A stretch of DNA of 64,000 nt from Rebecca billardiae RCC1528 (lineage: Eukaryota; Protista; Haptophyta), in contig OZ251230.1 in assembly GCA_965240325.2 (NCBI GenBank), positions 1,798,001-1,862,000 on the forward strand. The letters are read 5' to 3'. This document shows, piece by piece, positions 24,382 to 37,628 of this stretch. Each line of letters starts with the position of its first letter. Position 1 is the stretch's first letter. The notes under the pieces were generated by a model, which searched no databases, was not told where the DNA came from, and saw only the letters and a list, made by a program, of their open reading frames with translations. Made by a program: the position numbers and the translations under genes.

Positions 24382-26109
24382 TCACTTGTCCGACTCCTTC
24401 GCACGGCGGCTGCGGCGGTGCTCCTGCGGGCGCCCCTGTTGCCGAGTCCCTCCGCGCGCCGAGCCGCCTTGCTCGCCGAGCCGCTGGCGCAGCTGGGCAA
24501 TCTCCCTGTCGCACCACACACCCACATCCGCCTGGCCTCGCTTGCGCGCGTGGAGCGCTGCAATCGCAAGCTGCTCGACGGCGCCGTCGATGTCGACGGG
24601 CAGTGGCTCGGGCGTGGCGCGCTCGGGGGCGGCACCGGGCTGCTGCCCCGCCTCCTCGGCGCCACCCGGCAACGGCACCTCCACCGGCACGCCGGGGTCA
24701 GCGAGCACGGCCGCGTACGTGATGCGCGCCTGCACGTCGCCCGCGTCGCGCTCGAGCAGCGCGAGGAGCTCCACCTCCGCGGCGGCCGAGTCGCCGAGCC
24801 TGTGCAGGGCGCTCGTGAGCGCCAGCCGCGCCGGCCGCGAGTCCGGCTGCGTCTCGACGATGGGCTTCAGAACGGCCACGGCGAGCGCGTGCGCCTCGGT
24901 CGACTCCGATTTCAGCAGCAGGCGCACCAGCGCGACCGCGGCCTCGACGTCGTTCGGGTTGGCTTGCACCGCGCGCTTGTACACCTCCGCCGCGGCCTGC
25001 GCGTCGTCCTTCGCCTCGAGCGCCCGCGCCTGCTCGAGGAACACCGCGCGCGCCGTCCGGTGCACCGTGCCGCCGTCCGAGCGCTCGCGCAGGTGCTCGG
25101 GAGGCGGCGGGTCCAGACCGAGCGCCGCGCGCACAGCCGGCTGCCTGAACGCGACGAGCTGCGAGAGAGAGAGCAGGTTGTTCGGCAGCCAGTACATGAA
25201 GACGCCGCACGGCAGCTGCGCGATCGCGGGCAGCGCGATCACGCCGATGTCCTGCAGGCGGTGCCGCAGGAAGCTCAACCACGCCGGCCCGTCTGCGCTC
25301 GCCCCGGCCGGCGCCTGCTCTGCGCTCGCGCTCACGATTCGGCTCACCTCGGTCGTGAGCAGGAACGAGGCGATGGTGACGACCGGGAGCGCGCCGAGCG
25401 GGTCGGCGGCGGAGAGGTCTGGAAACCACAGCGCGCCGCCGTCGACGAGGCCCTCGGCACCCGACACGAGGGCGTGCGCGGGCGCCGACGGCGCCGCCGC
25501 GGCTCCCGCGTGGTCAGCGCCGCCAGCGGCCGCAGCCGCGCCCGTGCCCGAGCCCGCCGCGAGCAGCATGCGGCGCACGGAGACGACGCACAGGATGAAG
25601 ACCGGCAGCTGGACGAGCGCGCCCGAGAAGAGACTCACGGGGTGCACGCCGTTCTGCACGCACACGTTCCATATGCCCGTGAGCGTCTGCGCGTGCCGCC
25701 GGGGCGCGTGCTTCACGTGTCGGCAGCTCTCCACGACCGCGCGCACGAGCGGGCGCAGGTGCGCGAGGCGCGAGATCTGACGCTGCTGATAGATCGCCGC
25801 CGGGAGGATCACCCCGCGCACGATGACCGTCCCGACCGCAATCGTCGCCCACCAGGGCAGCCCCGACGTGTCGTGGAGCGCGACGAGCGCATCCTGCACG
25901 GCCGCAATCGGCGGCCATGCCGCTTCGGGCGCGTGGGCAGCGGCCGTGCCGACGGCCTGCGCCGCGGATTCGGACGCTGCAGGCGCGCCTGTGCCGCCTG
26001 CGGTGTGCACCCACCGCGCGGTGGGCACTGCACGCGCCCGCCGTAGCGAGGCCAGGCGCGTGCAGCTCGCACCACGTGTCGCGAGCAGCGCGCGAGCCAC
26101 CGCAGCCAT
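24382..26109 (-). CDS. Mitochondrial Oxa1/Cox18-family insertase with C-terminal TPR-like repeats
   Basis: Presequence; LHDTSGLPWWATI, LVQLPVFI, GGALWFPDLSAADP, GVFMYWLPNN; TPR-like AAEVYKRAVQANPNDVEA. Confidence 0.87.
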   Translation of the reverse strand: MAAVARALLATRGASCTRLASLRRARAVPTARWVHTAGGTGAPAASESAAQAVGTAAAHAPEAAWPPIAAVQDALVALHDTSGLPWWATIAVGTVIVRGVILPAAIYQQRQISRLAHLRPLVRAVVESCRHVKHAPRRHAQTLTGIWNVCVQNGVHPVSLFSGALVQLPVFILCVVSVRRMLLAAGSGTGAAAAAGGADHAGAAAAPSAPAHALVSGAEGLVDGGALWFPDLSAADPLGALPVVTIASFLLTTEVSRIVSASAEQAPAGASADGPAWLSFLRHRLQDIGVIALPAIAQLPCGVFMYWLPNNLLSLSQLVAFRQPAVRAALGLDPPPPEHLRERSDGGTVHRTARAVFLEQARALEAKDDAQAAAEVYKRAVQANPNDVEAAVALVRLLLKSESTEAHALAVAVLKPIVETQPDSRPARLALTSALHRLGDSAAAEVELLALLERDAGDVQARITYAAVLADPGVPVEVPLPGGAEEAGQQPGAAPERATPEPLPVDIDGAVEQLAIAALHARKRGQADVGVWCDREIAQLRQRLGEQGGSARGGTRQQGRPQEHRRSRRAKESDK

Positions 26110-26604
26110 GGCGGCGACGAACTCACGAGCAGAAAGACGGTGGCACGCGAGGGTGTCCGGCCTTCCGGGGCGTTCCGCCGGACATGTTGTTGATGCAATC
26201 AGTGACCGACAGGACTGGTTCCTCGGCCCGTGTTCACCATGCCCTGCTTTCTAACGCGCGTGGCGTCCGATGCGCGCCCACTCCGACGTCGCCCGCCGCC
26301 CAGCGCCCGTCGCGTCGCCGCTCCCGCGGCTTTAAAGTCGCACGTCGCATCATGTGATGACCCGCCACGTCCGAAGCTCGCCGCCAGGGCTCTCGGGATG
26401 CGAGCCGATCGTCGAACGCGGCGCGCTGCCACGCGCAGCGCGCTCGATCCGATCCACTTGCCCCGATCGATGCCCAGCGCGCACGGCATGAGAGACCAAA
26501 AGGCGTGGCTGATGATGCGTCGTGCGCGAGCACCCAGAGTGCAACCGGCCCCACGCGTCTCCCGGTGTTCCGCGGCGGCCGTATGCGTCACGCTCACATC
26601 ACGC

Positions 26605-27936
26605 TCACACCTTTGGCAGAGCGCCGTCGAGGAAGACGGCCTTGGCGATGCCGAGCGCGCCGGTCGTGCGGAAGAAGGCGTCACGCGCGCTGTCGGGGAG
26701 CCCGGTCTCGACGAAGCCGAGCACGCGGCTGTTGAGCGCGAGCCTCGCGTTCGGCAGCTTGCGCGCGCTCTCGTACGCGCGCAGCGCGTCCTCCAGGCTG
26801 CCGTGCGCGCCGTCTGCGAGCTTCTTGAGCTGCTGCGCGAGGCAGTACGCGTCCTGCATCGCCTGGTTGGTGCCCTGCCCGAGGAACGGCGGCATGGCGT
26901 GCGCCGCGTCGCCCACGAGCACCGCGCGCCCGCCGAGCCCGACCCACGGCAGCAGCGGGTTGTGCAAATACGAGCCGAGCTCAAAGCACCGGCCGCACGC
27001 GCCGGCGAGGTCAAGGAGCTCGGCGGGCATCCGCGCCGCCTGCAGCTGCTGTCCCATCGCGGCGCGGACCGCGTCGCTGCGCTCCCACGCGGCGTTGATG
27101 CCGACGGCGTCCGTGCCCCCGGCGCCCTCGTCCGCGCTCACCACGACGCACTGGTCGTACGTCTTGCCGCCCAGCCCGCCGTAGGAGGCGGCGAGGCAGT
27201 ACGCACCCTCGCCAAACCACTGGTGCAGCGCGCCCTCGGCGCCCGGCGCGCGGCTGCCGCCCGGCGCGATGCCCCAGCGGATGCGAATGCCCGTGTACGA
27301 CGGCCCGGCGGCGACCGCGGCGAGCGGGCCCGCGACCCGCTGCCGCACCATCGAGCGGATGCCGTCTGCGCCGATCACGAGGTCAAAGGCCTCCGAGCCG
27401 CCGCCCGCCAGCTGGATCTCGACCGCGCGGCCCCCGTCGACCGCTTTGACGTCGACGACCTCTTGCTCGAGGGCGAGCACGTCGGGCGGGAGCTGCGCGC
27501 CGAGGATGCGCTGGAGCTCGTCGCGCATCAGCGTGAGCGCCAGCACGTCCCCGGCGCCGTCGACCATGCCGGCGTCTGCAGAGCGCGAGTCGGCGCGCAA
27601 CGCGCCGTGAAGATCCAGGCTGAGCAGGGTGGCACCGTCGACGTTGCGCGCCAGCACGCGCGCGGCGGGGCGGCCGGAGGCCTTGAGCTCGGCACCGAGC
27701 CCCAGCCGCGCGAGGACCGCCGCGCCCGAGTTGAGCTGCACGCCCCCGCCCAGCTCGGGGCGGAGCTGGTCGCTGCGATCGAACACACGCACGCGCACGT
27801 CCTCGCCAACGATCTGCCTGATGGCGATGGCCTGCGCGAGGCCAGCCGGGCCGGCGCCGACAATACCGATGCTGCGCAGGGCGCTGGCGCGAGCTTGGGC
27901 CACGCACAGGGCCAGAAGCGCCACCCAACGCGCCAT
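26605..27936 (-). CDS. FAD-dependent monooxygenase (zeaxanthin epoxidase/salicylate hydroxylase-like)
   Basis: IVGAGPAGL, LVIGADGIRSMVR, LVGDAAHAMPPFLGQGTNQAMQDA; N-terminal signal peptide. Confidence 0.9.
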   Translation of the reverse strand: MARWVALLALCVAQARASALRSIGIVGAGPAGLAQAIAIRQIVGEDVRVRVFDRSDQLRPELGGGVQLNSGAAVLARLGLGAELKASGRPAARVLARNVDGATLLSLDLHGALRADSRSADAGMVDGAGDVLALTLMRDELQRILGAQLPPDVLALEQEVVDVKAVDGGRAVEIQLAGGGSEAFDLVIGADGIRSMVRQRVAGPLAAVAAGPSYTGIRIRWGIAPGGSRAPGAEGALHQWFGEGAYCLAASYGGLGGKTYDQCVVVSADEGAGGTDAVGINAAWERSDAVRAAMGQQLQAARMPAELLDLAGACGRCFELGSYLHNPLLPWVGLGGRAVLVGDAAHAMPPFLGQGTNQAMQDAYCLAQQLKKLADGAHGSLEDALRAYESARKLPNARLALNSRVLGFVETGLPDSARDAFFRTTGALGIAKAVFLDGALPKV

Positions 27937-28445
27937 CGCTCGGCCGATCAAGCACGCAAGTAGATCCGTCGTGCCCAGCGCGAGCGGCCGGACGTTGATG
28001 AAAAGGGCAATAAAAATGAATTATTGCAAGGGACGAAGCGATGGCTGCCGCAGTGCTTGCCGCCGTGTCGACGACCCTAGCACGAGGTGCGGGAAGAGGC
28101 GTCCCCGCGCGTCGCCCAGCGGAAGGTTAAAGAAGCAGGCTGCCCAAGTTTTGGCAGTCTAGTTATACATCCTTCCCACATGACCATTGGGCCAGCGGTC
28201 TGGCACGGCGCACGGAGGGAGGCGCCCGTGCATTCTCTGTGCGCAGTCCTCTGCGGGGCTGCCGGTGCACCACTCCCGCGTGAACGCAAGGGAACAGATA
28301 AGGAATCACTCATGACCTAAATCTAATGGGTGCATGAGCGTGAATTCGATCACGCTCGCGCCGATGGGAGCAAGCACCCTGCCCAACATCCCGATTTGCC
28401 GAAAACGCGCGCCGGCCGTCCCGCACGTGCGCGCATTGCAGGTTG

Positions 28446-30490
28446 ATGAGCCCAAGCGCACAGTTCATGCGGGCACGTGCGCTGATTGGACACCAGCGAA
28501 AGGCTGCCGGTGCGGTCTGGAGGGCGCTCTCGCTGACGATGCTGATGGTGGGTTTGCGCGTGCCAGCTGAGGCCGCGAGCGCTACCGATGTCGCTCGTCG
28601 ACCGGACGTCGCCCGAGCACCGCGAGACCTGGGCAGACGCGCGGTGGCCGCGCGGACTCGAGATGTTTCACCGACTGAAATGCTGCGGCGAGGCGTGAGC
28701 GGCGATCTCTCGCGTGCCGATGCGCACGCCGCGTGCATGCCGAGCGCCCGGCTGCTGGCCAACATCACGGGTGTTACGGACCCATCGCAGCCGCGGAAGC
28801 GAACGCCCTTCTACCTCGACGAAGGGCCCGGTCTCAACTTCTCGAGTTTGCACGCCGCGTTCCAGCGTGACGTGATGCGCACGCGCAACGCGGACAACCT
28901 GGACAACGTCTCGCCCGAGATCGCGCAGTATCTCGCAGATCTGCTCCTGCTGCGTCGACTGCGCGAGCACCCGGACCGCGTCGCGCACCCGCGAGATGCG
29001 CTCGTGCATTTTACTGGCTTCACACCGTCAACGTCTCTATACTGCGGCAGCTGCGACGGCGGCACGCACGAAGGGCGCGCGTCGCGTGCGGCCGCGGCGC
29101 TCGCGCGCCGGCTGAAGCGCGAGCGCGTGGCACAGAACGTGTCCAGCCCGCCGGTCTTCGTGCTGCCGATCCCGTCGTGGCGGCACGCGCGAGACAGGGC
29201 GCTGCGGCCCGTGCTCGAGCTCGCGCTCGCGCGGCCAGAGCATTTCATTTTCGCCACGACCGACCGGCTGTTCACATATTGGATGAAGCGCGACCTGGAG
29301 CTGCGCCCGCCGCGGCACACGATCGTGATCCCGTACGTCGTGACGACCGCGCTCGACGCGCTCGCCCGCAACGAGTCGAGCGGCACGTGCAGCCGCGCGC
29401 GCAAGCTGGGCATGTTCTGTGCGGGCAACCTGCACCGCAGCGGCGACGGCCGGCTCCGACCGGACCTCCTGCACGCTCTGATGGACGAGCTGCGTGCGGA
29501 GCGGCCGCGCATGTGGCGGCTGGTGGACAAGGACGTGAAGGACGAGATGTCGGACGTGAAGGCGATCCGCGACACACGAGCCGAGTACGTGCGCACCATG
29601 CGTGCCATCATCTTGCCCGTATCGTGCGCGCGATCTCGTGCGGTGCTGTACCGCTACGTCTTCCCAAAGTCAGGGGGTGCGAGCTTCATCGATGACGTCC
29701 GCGAGCACACGCGCCTCCTCGTCTGTGGCTCGGCCGAGGAGCTGCACTGGTGCTTCGACACTCCTCACCTCGAGCGCGCCACGTTCAGCAGCCTCTCGGT
29801 GCGCGCTCGCGGGGTGCTCGCGGGCAGGCCCGGCGCGCACGCGTGTAACTTCACCTCGTGCGAGATGCCGCTGCGCTCCGCGCTGCATCGCGCCGGTGCC
29901 GCCGTCGGCGACCCGCGCGTGCGCGTGGTGCTCCTCCTGCGGGAGCCAGAGCGCCACGTTCTCTCGATGTACGCGCACTGCCAGCAGCCGCGCGCCCAGT
30001 CGAAGGTGATGTTCGGCTACCCCGACGTAAGCCTGCACCACTGGCTGGAGATGACGGCGCGCATGGGCCGCGCCGCGCCGCGCTTCTGCGAGTACAACCC
30101 GAACGACATGCAGACGCGCATGCTCACACCGCCGTGGCTGTGGGCAAAGCACAACCACACGGCCGAGCACGCGCTCGCAGTGGTGGCTGAGGCCTTCCAC
30201 GTCGGCGTGACAGAGCACTACGTGGCCTCGCTCTGCCTGTTCATGCGCCGGATCGGCGCGCGCCACCCGGGCTGCGCCTGTGGCCGCGGCGGCGAGAGGC
30301 GCGGCCGCTCTACTCAGCTGGTGCTGCACCACAAGTCGCATGGCACCGACACGTCCAAGCTGATCGTGCGACCGCCGCAGCGGGAGCTGATCGCGCGGAT
30401 GACGCGCCTCGACCGAGGGGTGTATGAGGCGGCCTACGAGCGCTTCGAGCGCGACATTGCCGCAGCGGGGCTGTCATGTCTTCTCTCCTC
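28446..30490 (+). CDS. Exostosin (GT47)-like N-half joined to a sulfotransferase-like domain; true 3' end uncertain
   Basis: LREHPDRVAHPRDA, IVIPYV, MFCAGN, EYVRTMR (GT47-like); then FPKSGGASF, LLREPERHVLSMY, VGVTEHY, LDRGVYEAA (sulfotransferase-like). Confidence 0.6.
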
Positions 30491-30809
30491 CCATCATGTG
30501 TGCAGCAGCGTCGCCGTCAGCGGCGCCGCCGTCTTCAGGAGCGAGCGCCAGGCTGCGGGCACCGCCGTAGCTGGTAATAATTCTGGTACAGTCGTCGTAA
30601 TAACGCGCATCTGCTGCGTGCCGCTGGCGCATCTATGCAGCATGCACCGTCGTAGTCGTACTCAGTCAGCGTGCATTCAACTCAACCGTAGCAGCATACA
30701 AGTCTGGCACAGGCGCGCGCGCGGCCCGTCTCTCACTCTGAGTGCAGACCTGCGCCTCGGCCCCGTCACGCCGCCCGCGCCAGGCGCCGCGGCGAGAGCC
30801 TCATGGCAG

Positions 30810-32350
<1,541 letters not shown>

Positions 32351-32499
32351 CTACAATGTTTACACGAAGGACGAAACTCCGGCGTCCGGCGCGTCCTCCT
32401 GACCCGGACAGTGCTGCAGCCGAATCAGTCCAGCAGCAGGCTACGCCGGCAGGCTGCCACCGCCCGTCCTCGGCTGGCGGCGCGACCTTGATCGGAGCG

Positions 32500-34539
32500 A
32501 TGCCGGCCGTCGAGCTGGTGCTCCTGGACATGGTCCTGCTCTTCGCGTCCTTCGTCGCCCTCGGCGAGGTGACGGAGCGCCATTTTGTGCCGGCGCTGAA
32601 TCTGCTGTGCGAGCGCTGGCGCGTGCCGGATGACGTGGCGGGGGCGACCATCATGGCCGCCGGTGCGAGCTCGCCCGAGCTGCTCGCAGCGCTGATCGGC
32701 CTCTTCATCACGCACACGGACGTTGGCGTAGGCACGATCGTCGGCTCCGAGCTCTTCAACATGCTCGCGATCTGCGGCGCGAGCGCACTCGCAGCGCCGC
32801 GGCCGCTCGCCATCGCCTGGCGCCCGCTGCTGCGCGAGTGCGGCTTCTACGCGCTCGCGCTCGCGCTCCTCGGCGCGACCCTCTCCGATGGCCGCATCAC
32901 GTGGTGGCAGAGCGTGCTTCTCCTCGCGAGCCACGGCCTGTACGTGGCCGTGTGCGCATACTACGACTCTCATCTCGTGCCTGTCCTGTGCCCAGTCCGC
33001 GCGCACGGCAGCGCGCTGCTCGGTGTGGCGGACCTTCACGAGGCGCTGCTGCTCGACGCGGAGAGGCTCCCGGGTGCGCTCGACGGCGGGAGTGCCGACG
33101 ACGGCCTGAGCGGCGGCGACGAGGCGGAGGCGCTCCCGCCGCCCGCACAGCACGATTGGCACAGCAGCGTCGAGCTCGCTCGCGCGCGGCTTGGAGGGTA
33201 CGGGGTTCGGCACGGCGGCGCGCACGGCCTCGCATACGGCGCGGTGCGCATGCACGGCTTCCTGCTGAAGAAGTCGCGCTTCTACTCCAAGGTGCGCCTC
33301 GCCTCGAGGCAGTGGCAGCGGCGCTGGTTCGTCATCACCGAGCAGGGCGCGGTGTTGTACGCGCGCGAACCGCTGACACCCCTTGAGCGCATGCGCGCGC
33401 TTGACCTGCGGCACGCGACGCGCGCGCGCCCAATCTCGGCGCGCGAGATCGAGGTGCACACCGAGGCGCGGCGGTACGTGCTGCGCTGCCCGCCGCAGCT
33501 CCTCGCGTGCTGGCTCGACCACCTGATCGTCGTCGTGGCAGACCACACGGCGGCGAGGCGGCAGCACGGCGTGCCCGAGGTGTGGAGCGCTCGCGCGGCC
33601 GGGCCGGCTGGGCCGGGGGCGGGCGCGGCAGTGCGCGGCCTCGGCGCGGGCTTCGCCGACGCGAGCGCGCGGCTGGACGCCGCGCGCGAGCTCGCGGACG
33701 ACGATGACGACGACGAGGCCGACGCGGACGCGGCGGCTGCCGCGGAGGCGGCCGCGGAGCTTGCCATCGCTCTCGAGGGCATGGCCGCGGCCGAGCGCGC
33801 GGGCGCCGAGCCCGTGCAGCTGCTACCAGACACGCCCGACGCGGCCGACCGCCTCGACGGTCGCGCCGCCGCCGCCGCCGTGGGCGCGGGCTCGGTGCCG
33901 CCGCTCCCGCCGCGAGGCGCCGTCGCGGCCGCTCGCGCGCGCTCGCGCGCGCGCGCCGCGCGCTGCGCGCGCCGCTCGCTCGGCGCGCTGCTCGCGCCGA
34001 TCCAGCTCGCGGTGCGCGTGAGCGTACCCAGCGTGCGGCGCGCGCCGCCCGACTCGTGGCGGGTCCTAGCCGCCGTCGGCGCGAGCGCGTGCTGGCTCGC
34101 GGTGAGCTCGCTGTGCATGGTGCGCGCGGCGGAGCGCATCGGCGCCGCCGCGGGGCTGAGGGACTCGGTGACGGGCCTCACCATCGGCGCCATCGGCACC
34201 TCGGTGCCCAACGCCATCTCGTCGATTGCGGTCGCGCGCGACGGGCTCGGCACGATGGCCGTGTGCAACGCGCTCGGCTCGAACGTCTTCAATATCTTCG
34301 TCGGCCTCGGCCTGCCCTGGTTCCTACAGACGGTGGTGGTCGCGCGCGGCGCGGCGCCCCTTGCTCTCGACGAGGAAGGGGCCACCATCCTGAGCGCGGT
34401 GCTCCTGCTCACTGGCTTCCTGGCGGGCTTTGTCGTGCTGCTCGCCGCGCTGCGCTTCCGCATCGGCCGCAGGGTGGGCTGCGCGCTGCTCGGCATCTAC
34501 GCCACCTTCCTCGTGCTCGCTCTGTGGCGGGGCCGCTGA
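32500..34539 (+). CDS. NCKX-type Na+/Ca2+(K+) exchanger with a PH domain in the central loop
   Basis: Alpha-1 GATIMAAGASSPE and GTIVGSELFN; alpha-2 GLTIGAIGTSVPN and NALGSNVFN; PH-like MHGFLLKK...WQRRWFVI...WLDHL. Confidence 0.9.
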   Translation: MPAVELVLLDMVLLFASFVALGEVTERHFVPALNLLCERWRVPDDVAGATIMAAGASSPELLAALIGLFITHTDVGVGTIVGSELFNMLAICGASALAAPRPLAIAWRPLLRECGFYALALALLGATLSDGRITWWQSVLLLASHGLYVAVCAYYDSHLVPVLCPVRAHGSALLGVADLHEALLLDAERLPGALDGGSADDGLSGGDEAEALPPPAQHDWHSSVELARARLGGYGVRHGGAHGLAYGAVRMHGFLLKKSRFYSKVRLASRQWQRRWFVITEQGAVLYAREPLTPLERMRALDLRHATRARPISAREIEVHTEARRYVLRCPPQLLACWLDHLIVVVADHTAARRQHGVPEVWSARAAGPAGPGAGAAVRGLGAGFADASARLDAARELADDDDDDEADADAAAAAEAAAELAIALEGMAAAERAGAEPVQLLPDTPDAADRLDGRAAAAAVGAGSVPPLPPRGAVAAARARSRARAARCARRSLGALLAPIQLAVRVSVPSVRRAPPDSWRVLAAVGASACWLAVSSLCMVRAAERIGAAAGLRDSVTGLTIGAIGTSVPNAISSIAVARDGLGTMAVCNALGSNVFNIFVGLGLPWFLQTVVVARGAAPLALDEEGATILSAVLLLTGFLAGFVVLLAALRFRIGRRVGCALLGIYATFLVLALWRGR

Positions 34540-34664
34540 TGCGTCGGTCCAGTCGTCGTTTGCTCATATGTGTAGAGAGAGAGAGCTAGAGAGCTAGAGA
34601 GATCGGTCTAGCCGTCTCGGCGCTCGTGAACGCGCCGATGCCAAATAATGCTGATATATAATAA

Positions 34665-35843
34665 TGACCGCGTTCCGCGGTCCTTTTCTGCATAGAATCA
34701 ACGCAGTTGGGGGCCCGCGGTGGCCGTGCAATCGCGGCTCTCCGCCGTAGTGGCAGTTCGCCAGTTGAAGTCGGTTCTGAGATGACTGAACTCTGAAGCT
34801 ATTAGTCCGACCGTCGCCCTGCCGGCTGCCTGCGCGACCGCGAGACTCATTGGCACACTAGTCACACAAGTTTCACAGCAGCGGACCTGAGACCGCACCC
34901 GGCACCGGTCGTCAAATCGGACGTCCGTCTGCCAACTAGCTGCCAAATGTCCAACTGGCTGATCAGCTCGGATCCGACCCGTCCGCGATCGTGCCATCGG
35001 CATCGGACGTCCGTCTGACAACTATTACTCACTAGTAGCTGCCAAACTGTCCAACTCTGGCTGATCAGCTCGGATCCGACCCGTCCGCGATCGTGCCGAG
35101 TGAGTCGTGCCGCGGAGCTCGGAGTACTGAAGGAGTCGGGTGTGACAGCAGGGTGCTTTAGCGCTGCGGCCCGTGCCAGCCAATGACCAGACGTACTCTG
35201 GCCACTTGACCCGTTGCACGGGTGAGTGACCGTACGGCGAAAGCGCGCCGACGAGACCGCATTTGACACACCCGAGCCGCACGCGCGTGCCGTCGCCGAG
35301 CGGCGAGCGCTGCAAACGCGCAACTACCGCGCGCGGCGGCCCCGGCGCGCGCGCCACGACGGCGCGGCACTAGCTGATGCAGGCCGTACTGCCGGCACTG
35401 CTTCTGCGATCATGCGCCACGGTCGCAGCTGACTGCGTGAGCAGCAAGCGGGAGGCGGGTCCGGAGGCACGTGCAGGCGCGCTCGCAGCATCCGCCATCG
35501 TCATCGTGCCGGGCCACGTCACCTCCGACGATCCGGATGTGGCCCAGTCCGGACGTCACGCGATCCGGGACGACGAATACGATTCGCTCGTAACGAACCG
35601 TTACGCTAAAGTCACGTCCGGCCCACGTCCTGCAGATCGCACTTTACTTAGGGAATATCGTGGGCGCGTCCATTTCTCGCTAATCGATGTCTCAGTTGCG
35701 GTCTCAAAATTCGAAACTCGGTCTCTTCCGGCCTTGAAAATCGTCCCCCGTCCCTTTTTTCTTGATCAAAGATCTTTTTGAAACGTGGTTAGGGCCCACG
35801 GAGCGGGCTCCACGCTGCGCGTTCCGCCCTGCACCGCGGGCCA
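34665..35843 (-). mobile_element. Family A element A5 (beta body, variant 5' end)
   Basis: Reverse-complement termini TGACCGCGTTCCGCGGTCC...CACCGCGGGCCA. Confidence 0.9.
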
Positions 35844-36190
35844 TAATGTCATTAATGAGTAATGGCCGAAGCTGAAGGTCGGGGCACGCCTAACATCGTC
35901 TGAATGAATATTCGATCGTCATCGATCATCTATCTAGCTATATGGCTATGCCGCTACCGAGGCGGCGCCGGCTGCCACGGGACCGCTGTCACCGCCGGCT
36001 GCGTCATTCAGCAGAATAGTGATTCACTCTAAAGTCATCATTGCGTGTCGGTTCCACTGCGGCTGCGCGCTGACATCCGAGTCGTCGTGTTTATTGATAC
36101 ATGATGAATATCCGCCTGCTAATCTTATACCGTACCGGTTCAACGGTAGCTAGCTACTAGCTAGTGGTTATAGTAGTGGCGGACTAATAA

Positions 36191-37490
36191 TGGCCCGCGG
36201 TGCAGGGCGGAGCGCGCAGCGTGGAGCCCGCACCAGCAGGCCCGAACCACGTTTCAAAAAGATCTTTGATCAAGAAAAAAGGGACGGGGGGCGGATTTTT
36301 AGGGCTGGCGGAGACCGAGTTTCGAGTTTTTGAGATCGCATAGCAGAGAGGTCTATTAGGCCGAAAAACACCGCGTCCACGATATTCCCTAAGTAAAGTG
36401 CGATCTGGACGTCAGCCGGACGTGACTTTAACGTAACGGTTCGTTACGAGCGAATCGTATTCGTCGTCCCGGATCCGGCGTGACGTCCGGACTGGGCCAC
36501 ATCCGGATCGTCGGAGGTGACGTGCCCCGGCACGATGGCGGATGCGGGACGGCGCCTGCACGTGCCTCCGGACCCGCCTCCCGCTTGCTGCTCACGCAGT
36601 CAGCTGCGACCGTGGCGCATGATCGCAGAAGCAGTGCCGGCAGTACGGCCTGCATCAGCTAGTGCCGCGCCGTCGTGGTCGCGCGCGCGGTAGTTGCGCG
36701 TTTGCAGCGCTCGCCGCTCGGCGACGGCACGCGCGTGCGGCTCAGGTGTGTCAAATGCGGTCTCGTCGGCGCGCTTTCGCCTGCCACCTCGTGCACCCGT
36801 GCCGCCAGTTTCATCGTCGGCGCGCTTTCGCCTGCCACCTCGTGCACCCGTGCCGCCAGTTTCATCGTCTTCATGAGGACTGCTGCTGCTGTCGCCATCC
36901 CGGCTCTCCATCATCCCGAGTCGCGCGGCGCGCGCGGTAGGCAGGGCGTACGGTCACTCACCCGTGCAACGGGTCAAGTGGCCAGAGTACGTCTGGTCGT
37001 TGGCTGGCACGGGCCGCAGCGCTAAAGCACCCTGCTGTCACACCCGACTCCTTCAGTACTGGCCGAGCTCCGCGGCACGACTCACTCGGCACGATCGCGG
37101 ACGGGTCGGATCCGAGCTGATCAGCCAGAGTTGGACAGTTTGGCAGCTCCTAGTAGTAATTCCGATGCCGATGGCACGATCGCGGACGGGTCGGATCCGA
37201 GCTGATCAGCCAGTTGGACATTTGGCAGCTAGTTGTCAGACGGACGTCCGATTTGACGACCGGTGCCGGGTGCGGTCTCTGAGGTCCGCTGCTGTGATTG
37301 TGTGAAGTGTGCCAATGAGTCTCGCGGTCGCGCAGGCAGGGCGACGGTCGGACTAATAGCTTCAGTCATCTCAGAACCGACTTCAACTGGCGAACTGCCA
37401 CTACTGTACGGCGGAGAGCCGCGATTGCACGGCCACCGCGGGCCCCAACTGCGTAGATTCTATGCAGAAAAGGACCGCGGAACGCGGTCA
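36191..37490 (+). mobile_element. Family A element A6 (beta body)
   Basis: Both termini present; near-identical to A3 with an internal ~50-bp duplication at ~36764-36868. Confidence 0.9.
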
Positions 37491-37628
37491 TAAATTTACT
37501 ACCGTCGTATATATACCATCATCACGTCCTCATAATAATGCCGAATGCCCGGCGAATGCGGCGAGGCGGCAGCAGATGCGTCGGGCATGCCGCTCGCCGT
37601 CGACGAGACGTAGTCATCATGACAGTCA

